Shown here one piece after another: positions 1-10,500 of a stretch of DNA of 53,838 bases (its first letter is position 1; the number at the start of each line of letters is the position of its first letter). Below the pieces are notes generated by a model that was not told where the DNA came from, searched no databases, and saw only the letters and a list, made by a program, of their open reading frames with translations. A program made the position numbers and the translations under genes. Origin of the DNA: an uncultured Armatimonadia bacterium (GTDB taxonomy: Bacteria; Armatimonadota; Zipacnadia; Zipacnadales; VGFC01); NCBI GenBank assembly GCA_964555935.1, contig CAZKUN010000018.1, positions 1-53,838 on the forward strand, read 5' to 3'.

Positions 1-678
1 CACGTCAGCGGCGGCGAGTTGGGCGACCAGCCGACCGAGACCGAGGCTACCCTCCAGGACGGCGACCTCGCCACCTTCGCCCGAGTCATCTGGAGCGACT
101 ACGCGGGCTGGGGAATGCAGTTCGAGCGCGACATATTGTTCGTCAAGGGGCTTGGCTGGTGGATCCGAGATCGCACGGTCGCGAAAGAACCGCAGACATG
201 GTTCCTCGGTCCGCTGTGGCACGTCGACCGCATCCGCGAGCGCGGGGAGACCTGGTTCGATGTCGACTACCCGCGCCCGATGAGTTTCGCGTGGCCGACC
301 GCCAACGGCTCGGACCATCTGCTCGTCCACTTCAGCCCCAAGCCCGGCGCGACGATCGACTACAGCGACTACGCGCACCGCGTCGATCCCGACAAGCCCT
401 GGTACTCGTCGGTGCCCTACGCCGCCTACCAGTGCGCGGGTCCCATCGACATCGGCCCCGATGCGCCCGCGACTTTCGACACGCTCCTGATCCCGCTTCC
501 GGCCGATGAGTCCGCCGCTGATGCCGCCGCCGGGATCGCGGTATCGGGCGATGGCTCCGAGATCAAGCTGACCCGCGGCCCTGTCACCTGGACCATCACG
601 ATCGACCGACAATCGATCGCCGTAGCCAGGGCCGGCGGCGACGAGATCGCGACGAAAGATGAGTTCCGGTGGGACTGA
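1..678 (+). CDS. 5'-truncated CDS; C-terminal beta-sandwich region resembling heparinase II/III-like proteins
   Basis: Frame is open from base 1 (CAC GTC AGC...) to TGA 676-678. Segments FERDILFVKGLGWWIRD and TFDTLLIP resemble heparinase II/III C-terminal domains. Family call is tentative. Confidence 0.55.
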   Translation, partial: HVSGGELGDQPTETEATLQDGDLATFARVIWSDYAGWGMQFERDILFVKGLGWWIRDRTVAKEPQTWFLGPLWHVDRIRERGETWFDVDYPRPMSFAWPTANGSDHLLVHFSPKPGATIDYSDYAHRVDPDKPWYSSVPYAAYQCAGPIDIGPDAPATFDTLLIPLPADESAADAAAGIAVSGDGSEIKLTRGPVTWTITIDRQSIAVARAGGDEIATKDEFRWD

Positions 679-844
679 GCAGCGGGCCGTATAGGGGTCG
701 TAGACAAGCAATTGGGACAGACGCGGTGCCCGTGTCGACTATATGTACAGGGGAACTCGTCGTCTGAGTCCCCACTCCATACAGGATCGACCACCCCCAC
801 CAGACCGAATCAATGGATGGGACCATGCAGTCGCCGTCGCCCGC

Positions 845-870
845 GTGGCGACGGGGCTCCCGCCCCGTCG
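845..870 (+). repeat. REP-like palindrome (GTGG-led)
   Basis: GTGG followed by stem CGACGGGG (849-856) / CCCCGTCG (863-870). Overlaps an alternative hairpin CCGTCGCC/GGCGACGG (834-854). Confidence 0.4.
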
Positions 871-894
871 ATTCCTCGCTCACTTCCCAATCCC

Positions 895-922
895 TGTAAG
901 AGGGACTTCAGTCCCGACGCCG
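895..922 (+). repeat. Solo REP-like element related to the REPIN at 24467-24556
   Basis: TGTAAGAGGGACTTCAGTCCCGACGCCG versus TGTAGGAGGGGTTTCAACCCCGACGCCG at 24473-24500; the stem differences are compensatory. Confidence 0.6.
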
Positions 923-960
923 TCGCCGTCCCTCATCCCCGCGCCGACCTCCGCCTACCC

Positions 961-1008
961 GTGTCGGACACTTGTTTTGCCGCCGTCTGCAGAACGGGTG
1001 TCTGACAC
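961..1008. repeat. Pair of short palindromes GTGTC-N-GACAC (REP-like doublet)
   Basis: GTGTCGGACAC at 961-971 and GTGTCTGACAC at 998-1008; the spacer itself can pair (GTTTTGC...GCAGAAC). Confidence 0.5.
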
Positions 1009-1029
1009 TAAAACTCCCACTCTCACTTT

Positions 1030-1295
1030 CTGGCCTCCCGCGCGGTCACGCCCGGGTGATGCTGGACATCCGGCCGTTGTGGGGCGTGCGGGATGCCTAC
1101 GAGCTGCCGGGCGGCAACGGCGTGATTATCCGGGGCCCCGCCGCACGCCGGTGGGCACGATGGACCCGCCGATCGTGGACGCGGGTGAGTCTGCGCTTTG
1201 GACCGCGCCGAACGAGGAGAACATGGTCTACGAAGTGCCCGCTCCTCTCCCCGACGACGAGGATGCCTACAGCTCCGATGGAGGCGCCACGTGTC
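1030..1295 (+). pseudogene. Possible frameshifted gene fragment of unknown function
   Basis: Protein-like text in one frame (HARVMLDIRPLWGVRDAYELPGGNGVIIRGP) continues in another (TMDPPIVDAGESALWTAPNEENMVYEVPAPLPDDEDAY). No clear start or RBS; boundaries approximate. Confidence 0.3.
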
Positions 1296-1305
1296 TCGTG
1301 GCAAC

Positions 1306-1332
1306 CGGAGGGCGCTCGACCCTCCGCGCTCC
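1306..1332 (-). repeat. GGAG-type REP-like palindrome
   Basis: Minus strand reads GGAGCG-CGGAGGG-TCGAGCG-CCCTCCG; same architecture as the elements at 12146 and 13362. Confidence 0.5.
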
Positions 1333-1479
1333 GGCCGAAGATCAGCCCCTCTGGCAGGGCGGGAACAGGTCTCTGTGGAAGGCGTCGGCAGCGATGGTGG
1401 TGGGCACAACTTTCTTGCACGTAGTTCCCCTAACCCGCGGCCCATCCGGCGCCTGAGCGAAACGCATTGGAGACTGACC

Positions 1480-3318
1480 ATGGGCAACCCGATGGCACTC
1501 GCTGAGCTGGCGGCTATCATCCTCTGCGCATCCGTTCCTGGAACCGCGGACGTCGCCCAACAGGAGGCCGGTTCCGTGTACCTCAACGACTTCTCGCTTG
1601 TCACCCCCGCTGATGGGATCTCAACAACGCCCGGGCCTGGCCAGTGGCTGTTGGGTGACCTCAACGGCCAAGCCGTGCTCGCCGCCTCGGGCGCCGAGCA
1701 ACTCCCGCCGCTGACCTATCCCGTAGACACGACAGGCTGGCACGACGTGTATGTCGGCCTCTTCACATATGGTGAGCCAATCGATGACGCCGAGTGGCAA
1801 GGCATTCACCTGAAGCTGTCTGGCGACGCGTGGTACACGCACATGTACGGCGGCAAGACCGGCCTCGGGTCCGAGTGGGAACATGGTAGCGTGGACGAGT
1901 TCTACTGGCGGCGCGCCAACTTGACCGGCGAGGACCTCGAGATCTACCAGCCCTACGGTCGTTTCTTCAAGCCGCGGGGCGGGATCGCCTACGTTAAGCT
2001 CGTCCCCCTCACCGACGAGCAGGTCGAGGCCGACACCGAACGTCGAGAGCGCGAGCTGCGCTCCACCCCGCGCAGAGGCGTCGGCGGCATGGCCGACTTC
2101 TGGAGTTGGGTGATGGTCACCCGCAAGACGGATCGCGCCGGCACGCGGGAGGTGATCGACAACCACAAGGCCGCGGGCTTCGACACGATCTACTTCCAGA
2201 TCAACGCTGATGCGCAAGTTCAGTACCACAGCAAGGTCGCCCAGTGGGTCGATCAGGACGCGAACCAGGACCCCCGCACGGGGATGGGGCAAGCCGCCGC
2301 CGAGATTCTCCGCGACCACGATCCGCTGCATGTCGCAAGCGAGCGGGCGCACGAGGTCGGCCAGCGCTTCTTCGCCTGGTTCCGCGTTACCAACGAGCAG
2401 AGCATCAACAACGACCGCCTGGACTACATCCGCAACTTCCGCCACTTGCGGGTGCGCGGAGCGGACAACCAACCGACCCGCTGGCCAAGCCTGGCCCATC
2501 CTGAGATCCGCGACTACAAGCTGGCCATCCTCCGAGAGGTGGTCACCGAGTACCCCCACGTCGACGGTCTTCTGCTGGACTTCCTTCGGACCATGCCCGT
2601 CATCGGCTACGACCCCCCGGTCGTGGCGGCCTACGTTCGCGACTTCGGCATCAGTCCGCTTGAGAACGCCGGCGAGCGCGCCTCCGAGCGATGGAAGCGT
2701 TTCCGTGCCGACTACGTGACGCGGTTCGTGCGTGATGTCCGGAGCATCGCCCAGGCCGAGGAGCGGAGATCCGGCCGCCGCATCCTGATCGCCGTCCGAG
2801 TGACCCCTCGCGACAACCTCTGGAAAGGTCTCGATGTTGAGCGTTGGGTGAGCGACGGCCTAATTGACATCCTCATCCCATCCAACTACTCCATGTTCAA
2901 TCCGCCGTTCTCCGTCGAGCCATTCGTGGCAATGACTCGCGGGACCGACTGCGAGGTCCACCCATGCATCAACCCCTTCTTCGGCGGAGGAACCGATGAT
3001 GCCGAGCACCACCCCAGCCGCCACGAGAAGGAGGTCGCCGACGTCATCTACCAGCGAGTCACGGACGGCTGCCCAACCCATCGCGAGTATACCGAGCGCG
3101 TCCTGGCCCACTACGCCGAGGGAGCCGACGGCATCGTGCTTTACGAGTCGGAGGTTCTCACCAGCCCCACGCGCCTCTATCCCGCGCGCCCCAAGATGCT
3201 GCCCATGTTTCGCGCATTCGCCGAGCCCGGGGAGGCCCTCGAGTATCTAAGCAACCTGCCCCCCCGATTGATCGGACAGCCAATCGTCCGTTCAGGCGCG
3301 TTGCTCTGTCTGCTGTAA
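1480..3318 (+). CDS. Secreted glycoside hydrolase-like protein (GHL10-type TIM barrel), 612 aa
   Basis: GGAGA RBS then ATG 1480; signal-like N-terminus; GHL10-like motifs AGFDTIYF, HPEIRDYKLAILREVV, VDGLLLDFLR, DVERWVSDGLIDILIP. The ORF track's 1198 start is overextended. Confidence 0.7.
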   Translation: MGNPMALAELAAIILCASVPGTADVAQQEAGSVYLNDFSLVTPADGISTTPGPGQWLLGDLNGQAVLAASGAEQLPPLTYPVDTTGWHDVYVGLFTYGEPIDDAEWQGIHLKLSGDAWYTHMYGGKTGLGSEWEHGSVDEFYWRRANLTGEDLEIYQPYGRFFKPRGGIAYVKLVPLTDEQVEADTERRERELRSTPRRGVGGMADFWSWVMVTRKTDRAGTREVIDNHKAAGFDTIYFQINADAQVQYHSKVAQWVDQDANQDPRTGMGQAAAEILRDHDPLHVASERAHEVGQRFFAWFRVTNEQSINNDRLDYIRNFRHLRVRGADNQPTRWPSLAHPEIRDYKLAILREVVTEYPHVDGLLLDFLRTMPVIGYDPPVVAAYVRDFGISPLENAGERASERWKRFRADYVTRFVRDVRSIAQAEERRSGRRILIAVRVTPRDNLWKGLDVERWVSDGLIDILIPSNYSMFNPPFSVEPFVAMTRGTDCEVHPCINPFFGGGTDDAEHHPSRHEKEVADVIYQRVTDGCPTHREYTERVLAHYAEGADGIVLYESEVLTSPTRLYPARPKMLPMFRAFAEPGEALEYLSNLPPRLIGQPIVRSGALLCLL

Positions 3319-3443
3319 TTGCCGTACCGTGCGCGACGACGCGCAGCTTGCCTGTCTGCGAATTCGCGTTGATCGCGGCGGCGTCTGTCCCGGCGGTGTC
3401 GGTGCTGGACGATCTTCCTGGCGCATTTCGGGGGGGGGCAACA

Positions 3444-4925
3444 ATGGACACCACGGGGCCCGGCGCTCACGGCGCCTGTAGCGAGGAGCATGTCCGCGTC
3501 GACGGGAAGTTCCTCGCGAGAGGATCCGAGCGCCTGCGCCTGAAGGGCGTTACTTACGAGCCGTTCGCTCCTAACGACGCGGGCGAGGCGTTCCCGACGC
3601 AGGATGACGTCTCAGCTGACTTGGCCCGCATGACGGCGGCTGGCATCAATGCCATCCGCACCTACTACGTGCGTCCCCGGTGGTTCCTCGAAGACCGGCA
3701 GCTACAGTCCGATGCGCGACAGGCAATCTCAGACGCTGTCGAAGTCGGTCGCCATCACCCAAGCGTGGCCGCGCATAGCATTGCCAACGAGATACCGACC
3801 GATGACTGGTTCACGGACGGCCACCAGATCGAGGATTGGTGCGTCGGCATCACGTACGCCGACCGCGAACCGAAGGCCGCTTATTACCCTCTCGGCGGCG
3901 TCTGCAACTCATCACCGTCCGAAATGCTCGACAAGACCCCCAGCGCCTCGGTTGTCGTGTGCTCCTACAACGGTGGCGAGACCCTCGACGAGTGCTTGCG
4001 CTCGCTGGAGCGGCTGGACTGCCCAGACTATGAGGTCGTGTTGGTGGACGACGTAGTCGCCGAGCACATTCCAGTATGTAACATGGCCTTCCGGCGCGAG
4101 GTCCTGGAGGGGATGGACGGGTTCCACCCGACATACCGCACGGCGGGCGACGACGTCGACATCTGCTGGCGCGTGCAAGAGTCCGGGCACTGGATCACCT
4201 ACGCGCCAAGCGCGTTTGTCTGGCACCATCGACGCCAGACGCCGGCGGCGTACATGAAGCAGCAAGCAGGCTACGGTGAGGCCGAGGCTCTGCTTCGGCT
4301 CAGACGCCCGGATCGCTTCAACACCCGGGGCGACGGCCAGTGGGGCGGCGTGGTATACGGGTGCGCGAGCGGCCATTCTGACGGCGGGGATGTTCTCTCT
4401 GTCACTCGCTGTGGCCTGCGCCGGAGCCTGCCAGGCGCACCTGGCTCCACACCACGACGGACTCGTCTCCCGGATGATCGTCGCGGCCCTTTACCTCGCG
4501 CAACCGGTCGCCCGGGCGTGGGGCCGCGTCGCCACGCGCGTGAGCATCTATCGGCCGCCGCCGGGAGCCTCTTCCCCCGCTGCTCCGAGGGAGCGAATAC
4601 CGTTCAGCGGCTGGGGCAAGATCTGCTACTGGTCGGTCGATTGGCACGAACGGACCGAACTCCTGCAGGAAGTGCTGGACGAGTTGCGTGACGGCGGCTG
4701 GACGGTCACGATCGACACGCGCCGCGCTTCCTGGGACATGCGCATCCATTGCTCTCCGTGGACAGGTCTGCAGATCCGTACCGTCCAGGAGGACCACGGT
4801 AGCGGCAAGCGGCTCATCTGGGTCAGGCATCGGCTACGCCTAACGAAACTCGGCATGGCGGTCCTGTCGCTCGGAGCGGCTGGCGCGGTATCGACGCTCG
4901 CGTTCAATCCAGTTCCCGCCGCCGC
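3444..4925 (+). pseudogene. Internally deleted GH2-like TIM barrel + GT2 glycosyltransferase fusion gene
   Basis: Recognisable blocks VDGKF..KGVTY, GINAIRTY, ANEIP, SVVVCSYNG, AEHIPxCNMAFRR, GDDVDICWR, QQAGYGEAE. The GT2 core is missing between VVLVDD and VVAEHIP, and the frame changes near 4360. 3' end approximate. Confidence 0.75.
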
Positions 4926-4989
4926 CAGTTTCAGGCCCTCGCCGACGAGGCCGTCGTGTCCTCGCAGTCCGATACCGTGCTGCGAAGCA

Positions 4990-5690
4990 CGTGCGATCCG
5001 ATCGGGGGTTTGACCACCGCCGCCCGCGCGGCCATGGTCTTGTGGGTCGGCGGGCGGGCCGTGTTGGCTGGGACGATGTCGCTTGGGAGCCTCCTCGTCT
5101 TCCTCGCTTATCCCAGGACCATGCAGGGCGCCTTCGGCCGGTTAATGCGCACGCATGGCGACCTGAAGCGCGCCGAAGCGTCCGTCGAGCGCATCGTCGA
5201 CGTGCTGGATTCCACCGACGAGATCCTCGAGACGCCAGGCGAAGGCGTCGCTGTGCGGCTCGAGAACGTCACTTTCGGGTACGGTGACGACCACCCGGTG
5301 TTGAGCGGCGTGTCGATTGAGGCTCGCGCCGGCGAGAGAGGCGCCACGCTGAGCGACGGGCAGAAGCAGCGGCTCTCCATCGCCCGAGCATTTCTCAAAG
5401 ATGCTCCGATCATCATCCTCGATGAGCCTACTTCCGCCCTCGACGCCACCACCGAGGATGCGCTGGTCGACACGCCGTCTCGCCTGGCGGCCGGACGAAC
5501 GACGTTCAGCATCGCCCACCGACTATCAACCGTCCGTCGCGCCGACCGGGTCGCTGTGCTGGACGGCGGGCGAATCGTCGAGATGGGCACGCACGGCGAG
5601 CTGATCGCCGCGGAGGGTGCGTACCAGCGAATGCACGCGGTGCAGCAAGGACCGCTGGAGGTCGGGGGGGGGCGGGGAGGTGACGCGCGC
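4990..5690 (+). pseudogene. Remnant of an MsbA-like ABC exporter (most of the TMD and the Walker A region deleted)
   Basis: Last TM segment (GTMSLGSLLVFLAY), LENVTFGY, then IEARAGE jumps directly to RGATLSDGQKQR (signature mutated to LSDGQ), IIILDEPTSALD, IAHRLST. No P-loop. 5' end approximate. Confidence 0.8.
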
Positions 5691-6898
5691 GTGAGAATCG
5701 CCCTCGTTTCACAAGCCTACCCGCCCGATACCGGCGGCGGAGGCATTAGCACGCAGACCCACGCCAAGGCGCATGGCCTTGCGGTGATGGGGCACGACGT
5801 GCACGTCATCTCTCACAGCACCGATGCGGCCAGACAGGAGTACCTGGACGGGCAGGTCTACGTCACGCGCATCCCTGGCTTCGACGCCCACCTGCCGATC
5901 TGCTCCGGGGCCGTCCGGTGGCTCACTTACAGTTCGCAGGTCGCCGCAGCCATTGCGGAGCTTCACGCCGGGAACCCCCTCGACTTGGTGGACTTCCCGG
6001 GATACGGTGCCGAAGGGTACGTTCATCTGCTGAACCGAGCGGAGTGGAATCACATCCCCACCGTCCTGCACCTGCACGGACCATTGGTCATGTTGGCCCA
6101 CACCATCGGGTGGCCGGAGGCGGACTCGGATCTGTATCGTGTAAGCGTCGAGATAGAAGGGATCTGCATCCAGAAGGCCGACGCGATCCTCTCGTCCAGC
6201 CGCTGCTCGGCCGAGTGGTGCGCCAAGTGTTATGGCCTGGACCCGGAGCGCGTGCCGATCATCCACACGGGCATCGATGCCGAGCTGTTCCGGCCGCTTC
6301 ATGTTCCGAAGGACGATCGCTCGACCATCATCTTCGTCGGGAAGCTTGTCGCCAATAAGGGCGTCGAGGACTTAGTGAGCGCGGGCTGCCGATTGGCCGA
6401 CGAGTTCCCCGGCCTGCGGATCCGCCTCGTGGGCGGAGGTGACGAGGGCATGGCCGACCGCCTGCGGGCCGTCGCCGGAGAGTCCGGGAAGTCCGAGTTG
6501 CTGGATATCGTCGGTTTCGCGGAGCAGGAGTCGCTGCCCGAACTCCTGTCGCGAGCGCATGTCTTCGCCGCACCCTCGCACTATGAGAGGGCCCCGGCTT
6601 CGTGTACCTTGAGGCGATGGGATGCGGGTTGCCGGCGGTTGCGTGTTCGGGTTCGGGTGCAAGTGAGGCCGTGTTGCATGGCGAGACGGGGCTGCTCATC
6701 CCGCCGGGAGATATCGATGCTCTAGCGGCGGCACTCCGCCAACTCCTTGCCGACCCCGCCGCGCGAGACGCCATGGGACGCCGCGCTCGCGGGCACGTGG
6801 TCCGCCACGCCAGCCGGTCGGAATGCCTGCGCCGACTCGAGGCGTTCTACGCAGAGCTGACAGACCGCAGCCATTCCGCGGGCAAGGTAGAGCCATGA
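5691..6898 (+). pseudogene. GT4 (GT-B) glycosyltransferase with a 2-nt frameshift; ~401 aa if repaired
   Basis: GGAGG RBS and GTG 5691 (MRIALVSQAYPP, FVGKLVANKG). The E-x7-E motif YEGPGFVYLEAM is broken by an extra AG in GAGAG at 6585-6589; the C-terminus lies in ORF 6602-6898. Confidence 0.8.
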
Positions 6899-7080
6899 GC
6901 ACTTTGACCACGCGCATATTGCAGGGCTTCGACGACCCCGCATTTGGGCGCCGGCAGTGGCAGGATCTGCTGGAAGGCTCGCCCGCGAATCACATCTACT
7001 TGACCTGGCACTTCCAGCGCGCGTGGTGGGAGACGTTCGGAACGGGCCGGCTACTGCTCATCCTGGCGGAGGTTTCCTAG
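6895..7080 (+). pseudogene. N-terminal fragment of a CelD/BcsL-like GNAT acetyltransferase
   Basis: ATGA overlap with the GT4 stop; WQDLLEGSPANHIYLTWHFQRAWWETFG resembles the N-terminus of this family; stops after 61 aa. Confidence 0.6.
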
Positions 7081-7445
7081 GGTTCACCTTCCACTTTGTA
7101 GCAGATGGCCATGGGACCCACGAGCGCCTCGGCGCGGCGGCCGAGCAACTCGGGATCAGCGTGGGCGAGGGCGTGGTGGGCGACGTGCAGTACAACTGGG
7201 CCAACGAGCAGCTTGAGCTGGGCATCGGCCTCGGCGTCGAGGGCCCCGGACTCGGGCCGCTGGGGTCATCAGCGAAGGGCCTGGACGTGCTGAGGATCGG
7301 CGGCGACCACATCGTGGCCGTCGGCTTCCGGGAGAACATTCAAGCCGCCGTCGCCTCGCCGTTCGCAGGCGTTGACGTGGATCTCTCAGACGAGTACGTC
7401 TGGGGTGCAAGCGCGGGCAGGCCCGACCTCGCGGCGTGGCACTAG
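7060..7445 (+). pseudogene. Orphan 3' gene fragment, Gly-rich, unknown function
   Basis: Open frame with coding-like codon usage (GFTFHFVADG...LELGIGLGVEGPG...DLAAWH*) but no start or RBS; joined to the GNAT fragment. Confidence 0.4.
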
Positions 7446-7514
7446 GGACGGCAACGCCACTGTGTCGAACTATGGCGAGGTCTGACATTACGGTTGCTGT
7501 GAGAGGTGTGGACA

Positions 7515-10500
7515 GTGGGTGCAACTACAGCCTTCAGAAAGACGCAGATTGGCCGGCGACTCCAGCAGTTGGCCGATGCCGACGAGTTCACGAACGAACT
7601 CCTGGCGGAGGTCACCCGCATCGTTCGCAAAGTCACCCCGATACTGGACCGTTATGCATCGGCCGCGCCGACGTTCACGCGACACGATGCGTCGCACGCT
7701 CTCAACGTGCTGACGCTCATGGGGAACATCATCCCGGAGGACACGCTCAATCAGCTTGGCGCGCTCGATCTCGCGCTGCTAGTCCTGTCCGCGTACCTGC
7801 ACGACGTAGGCATGTCCCCGCCGGAGGACGAGATCGGCAGGTTGGGGTCACTTCTTGACACAGGAGGCACGGAGGAGTGGGATGGCCATGGGCCTGAGCT
7901 GGCCGCGTTCCGCGACTACTTGACCGTGCGGTGGCACGTGCCCGATCCGCCCCTCCGCAAGAGCGTCGCTGCACGAGAACTGACGAACCGTCGATGCTCG
8001 ATAATCACAGATTGGGTCCGCCAGAACCACGCTGCGCGGTCATCCCAGGCGATAGACCACTATGCCACTCGCGACAGCGACCCGTGGCGACTGACGTACC
8101 GCAGCTACGACTACCGCGATCTCTTGAAGCGCGTCTGCGCCAGCCACGACCGCCCCACGGGCGAGCTGAGTGGGCACGACTTCCAGATATTCGGAGTGGG
8201 GGGGGCGGTGATGAGCGTTGCTCCCCCCGGTACGTGGCACTCGCTCTGCGCGTCGCCGACATTCTCGACGTGTCGCCGGACAGAGCGCCAGAGGCCCTAT
8301 TCCACCACCAGAACGTCACCGATGTCCGGGCCATCGCGGAGTGGCGGAAGCACCAGGCCATCACCCGATTCGAGGTCACTAGCGAACGCGCGGCATTGGA
8401 GGCCCACCCGCGACGGGCATTCGTGCATGCAGCACTTCTGCAGACCATCGCCGGAATCGAAGAGGAGATCCGCAGGTGCTGGCGCGTAATCAAGGAGTGC
8501 AATGACATCAGTGCCGGAGAGGGCCGGTACCGGTGGACGCTGTCGGAGATCGTTGAGCAACGGATCACGCCACACAGCCACCGGTACGAGTACTTCGACG
8601 CCGCGTTTCGACCGGATACGGAGCAGATCCTCAAGCTGTTTGCGGGCTCGGGCATGTACCGGCACCGGCCCTGGGCGGCCTTGAGAGAGCTCATGCAGAA
8701 CGCATTCGACGCGGTGCGGGAGAAGCAAGGGCGAATGCGCCTTGCGGCGGCCATGCGGGGCGACGGCCCCGAGGTCTGGGGCCACCTGGGCCTGCAAGAG
8801 CGCGTGGACATTTATATAGAGATCGACGCCAACGGCGGCGATCTGTGGCTGGTATGCTCGGACACCGGGGTGGGCATGGAACGGCGCCACTTCGAGGAGT
8901 ATATCGTGCGGACCGGTCGTAGTTCGACCGACAGCCTCGACATCGCCCGGCTTCGGAGGGAGTGCAATGAACACGGCGTACCGTTCGCGCGGACCAGCAA
9001 GTTCGGCATCGGCGTACTCTCGTACTTTATGATCGCAGATGAGCTGGAATTCACCGCGCAGCGCGATCAGTGCTGCGCCCCAGCCGAGGGGCCACAATGG
9101 CGGTTCACAACACAAGGTATTGGCTCCTGCGGCGAACTCACGAAGGGGGCAGCGCAAGCCGTTGCAGGCACCACGGTCCGGCTTCGAATCAGACCAGAGT
9201 TGTGGCTGCAGCTCGGCTTCCCCCACTGGGCGAGGGATGAGTGGAACCAGTGGTACGACCCACCTGATGTCGACGGGCCTACAACCAAGGAAGCCCTGCA
9301 GGCCGTTTCTACCAGCGTTGCCGGGGCCGTCTGGCGGATGTTTCGCCGCGTGCCCTGCCGAGTTGTGGTGCGCTTGCCGGGGGGGGCAAGGAGTTGCGGC
9401 TGGACCCCGGGTGGCTACGCGCTGAGAAGCACGTGGCCGAGGGGGTCTCGCAACAACTTGAGAGGGTGGGGCAACGCACGGCGCTCCACCCCGGGTTCCG
9501 ACCAACCAGTGACGAGCAGGCGCGGGCGGACGCGTCTGAGAAGGCTTGGGAAGAGGCTTGGAGGCACACGTCCGAACAGGTCCTCAGTTCGCTGCGTGTA
9601 TATTCCATCCGAGCTCCTGAGGGGAACGACGGAGACTTGGGAGCGCATGTGCGCATCCCTTACTTCGAGCTGGGCGAGGATGGCGGCAGCCAAGTCTACC
9701 TGCGGTTGCAGCAGGACGACCTTGGGGTTGTGGTACGCCCACTTGCCGGGCTTCTGCACGGTTACCTGTACGAGGGGGGCGACACTCTGTCATACCATGG
9801 GGCGCACGTCACCGACGACCGCTATGACCCCGACCACGAGGAGCCGAGCCCGCCGTACGCGGCTGGCATCGATATCGTGTCCGAGGCGCTTGCGTCCATA
9901 GCCCCTGACAGGTTCGCGGTAGAACTGAAGCGCCCGCAGTATGACGCCCAGGTGGGTCCGACTGTCGCGAAGGCGTACGGGGATTTCATCGGGGCCCAGA
10001 TCTCCCCCATGTTCCGTGCCGTGTCGCTCGCCGCCACACGAGCAGTCGGCGGGTGGCCTGTAGGTGACGATGCTGACCTCGGCGAGGTCTGGTGGGCGGT
10101 CAGGTCAGAGAACGAGGGCGCCCCGGAACTTCGATGGGAGAAACTGTGCGGCGAGTTCGTGAAGCCACCCAGGCGGATTGTCCTGCCCCAGGGCGCCGGT
10201 GATTGGCCACGACTGCGCACGGTCATCTCCGGCGTGGGGGAGTCGTATCGTGTACTAGGAGCCCTCAGACTGCTGCACCAGGGGTTCGCGATGGGACACG
10301 CGCTGACACTCAGAGACGTTCGCGTCACCCGTTTCCTGGCAGCGCGCGGCATTCCAGGCGTCACACATGCAGTTCCCTTGCCGCTGGTCACGCCGGCGGG
10401 CCGCCCCGACGAGATGCCAAGAGGGGCGAGCGCACCTGAGGAGTGGGCTGCAGTAGCGGTGATAGGGGCAGTCCAGGTAGCCGACCACCCCCTGACCCGG

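Noticed and set aside
1400-1420. Possible sigma-54 promoter (GGCAC...TTGC) upstream of the GHL10-like gene
   Set aside because: Spacing between GGCAC and TTGC is 7 nt rather than the required 5.
4956-6725. Apparent 589-aa ABC transporter-glycosyltransferase fusion
   Set aside because: The fusion depends on a G9 tract (5664-5672); G8 or G10 would stop the ABC frame at nearby TGAs. The GT4 has its own GGAGG RBS and GTG start, and the ABC half lacks Walker A.
7931-9901. Housekeeping HtpG/Hsp90 chaperone or DNA-repair MutL
   Set aside because: Only the GHKL domain matches; it is preceded by an HD domain and I could not recognise HtpG middle or dimerisation regions.
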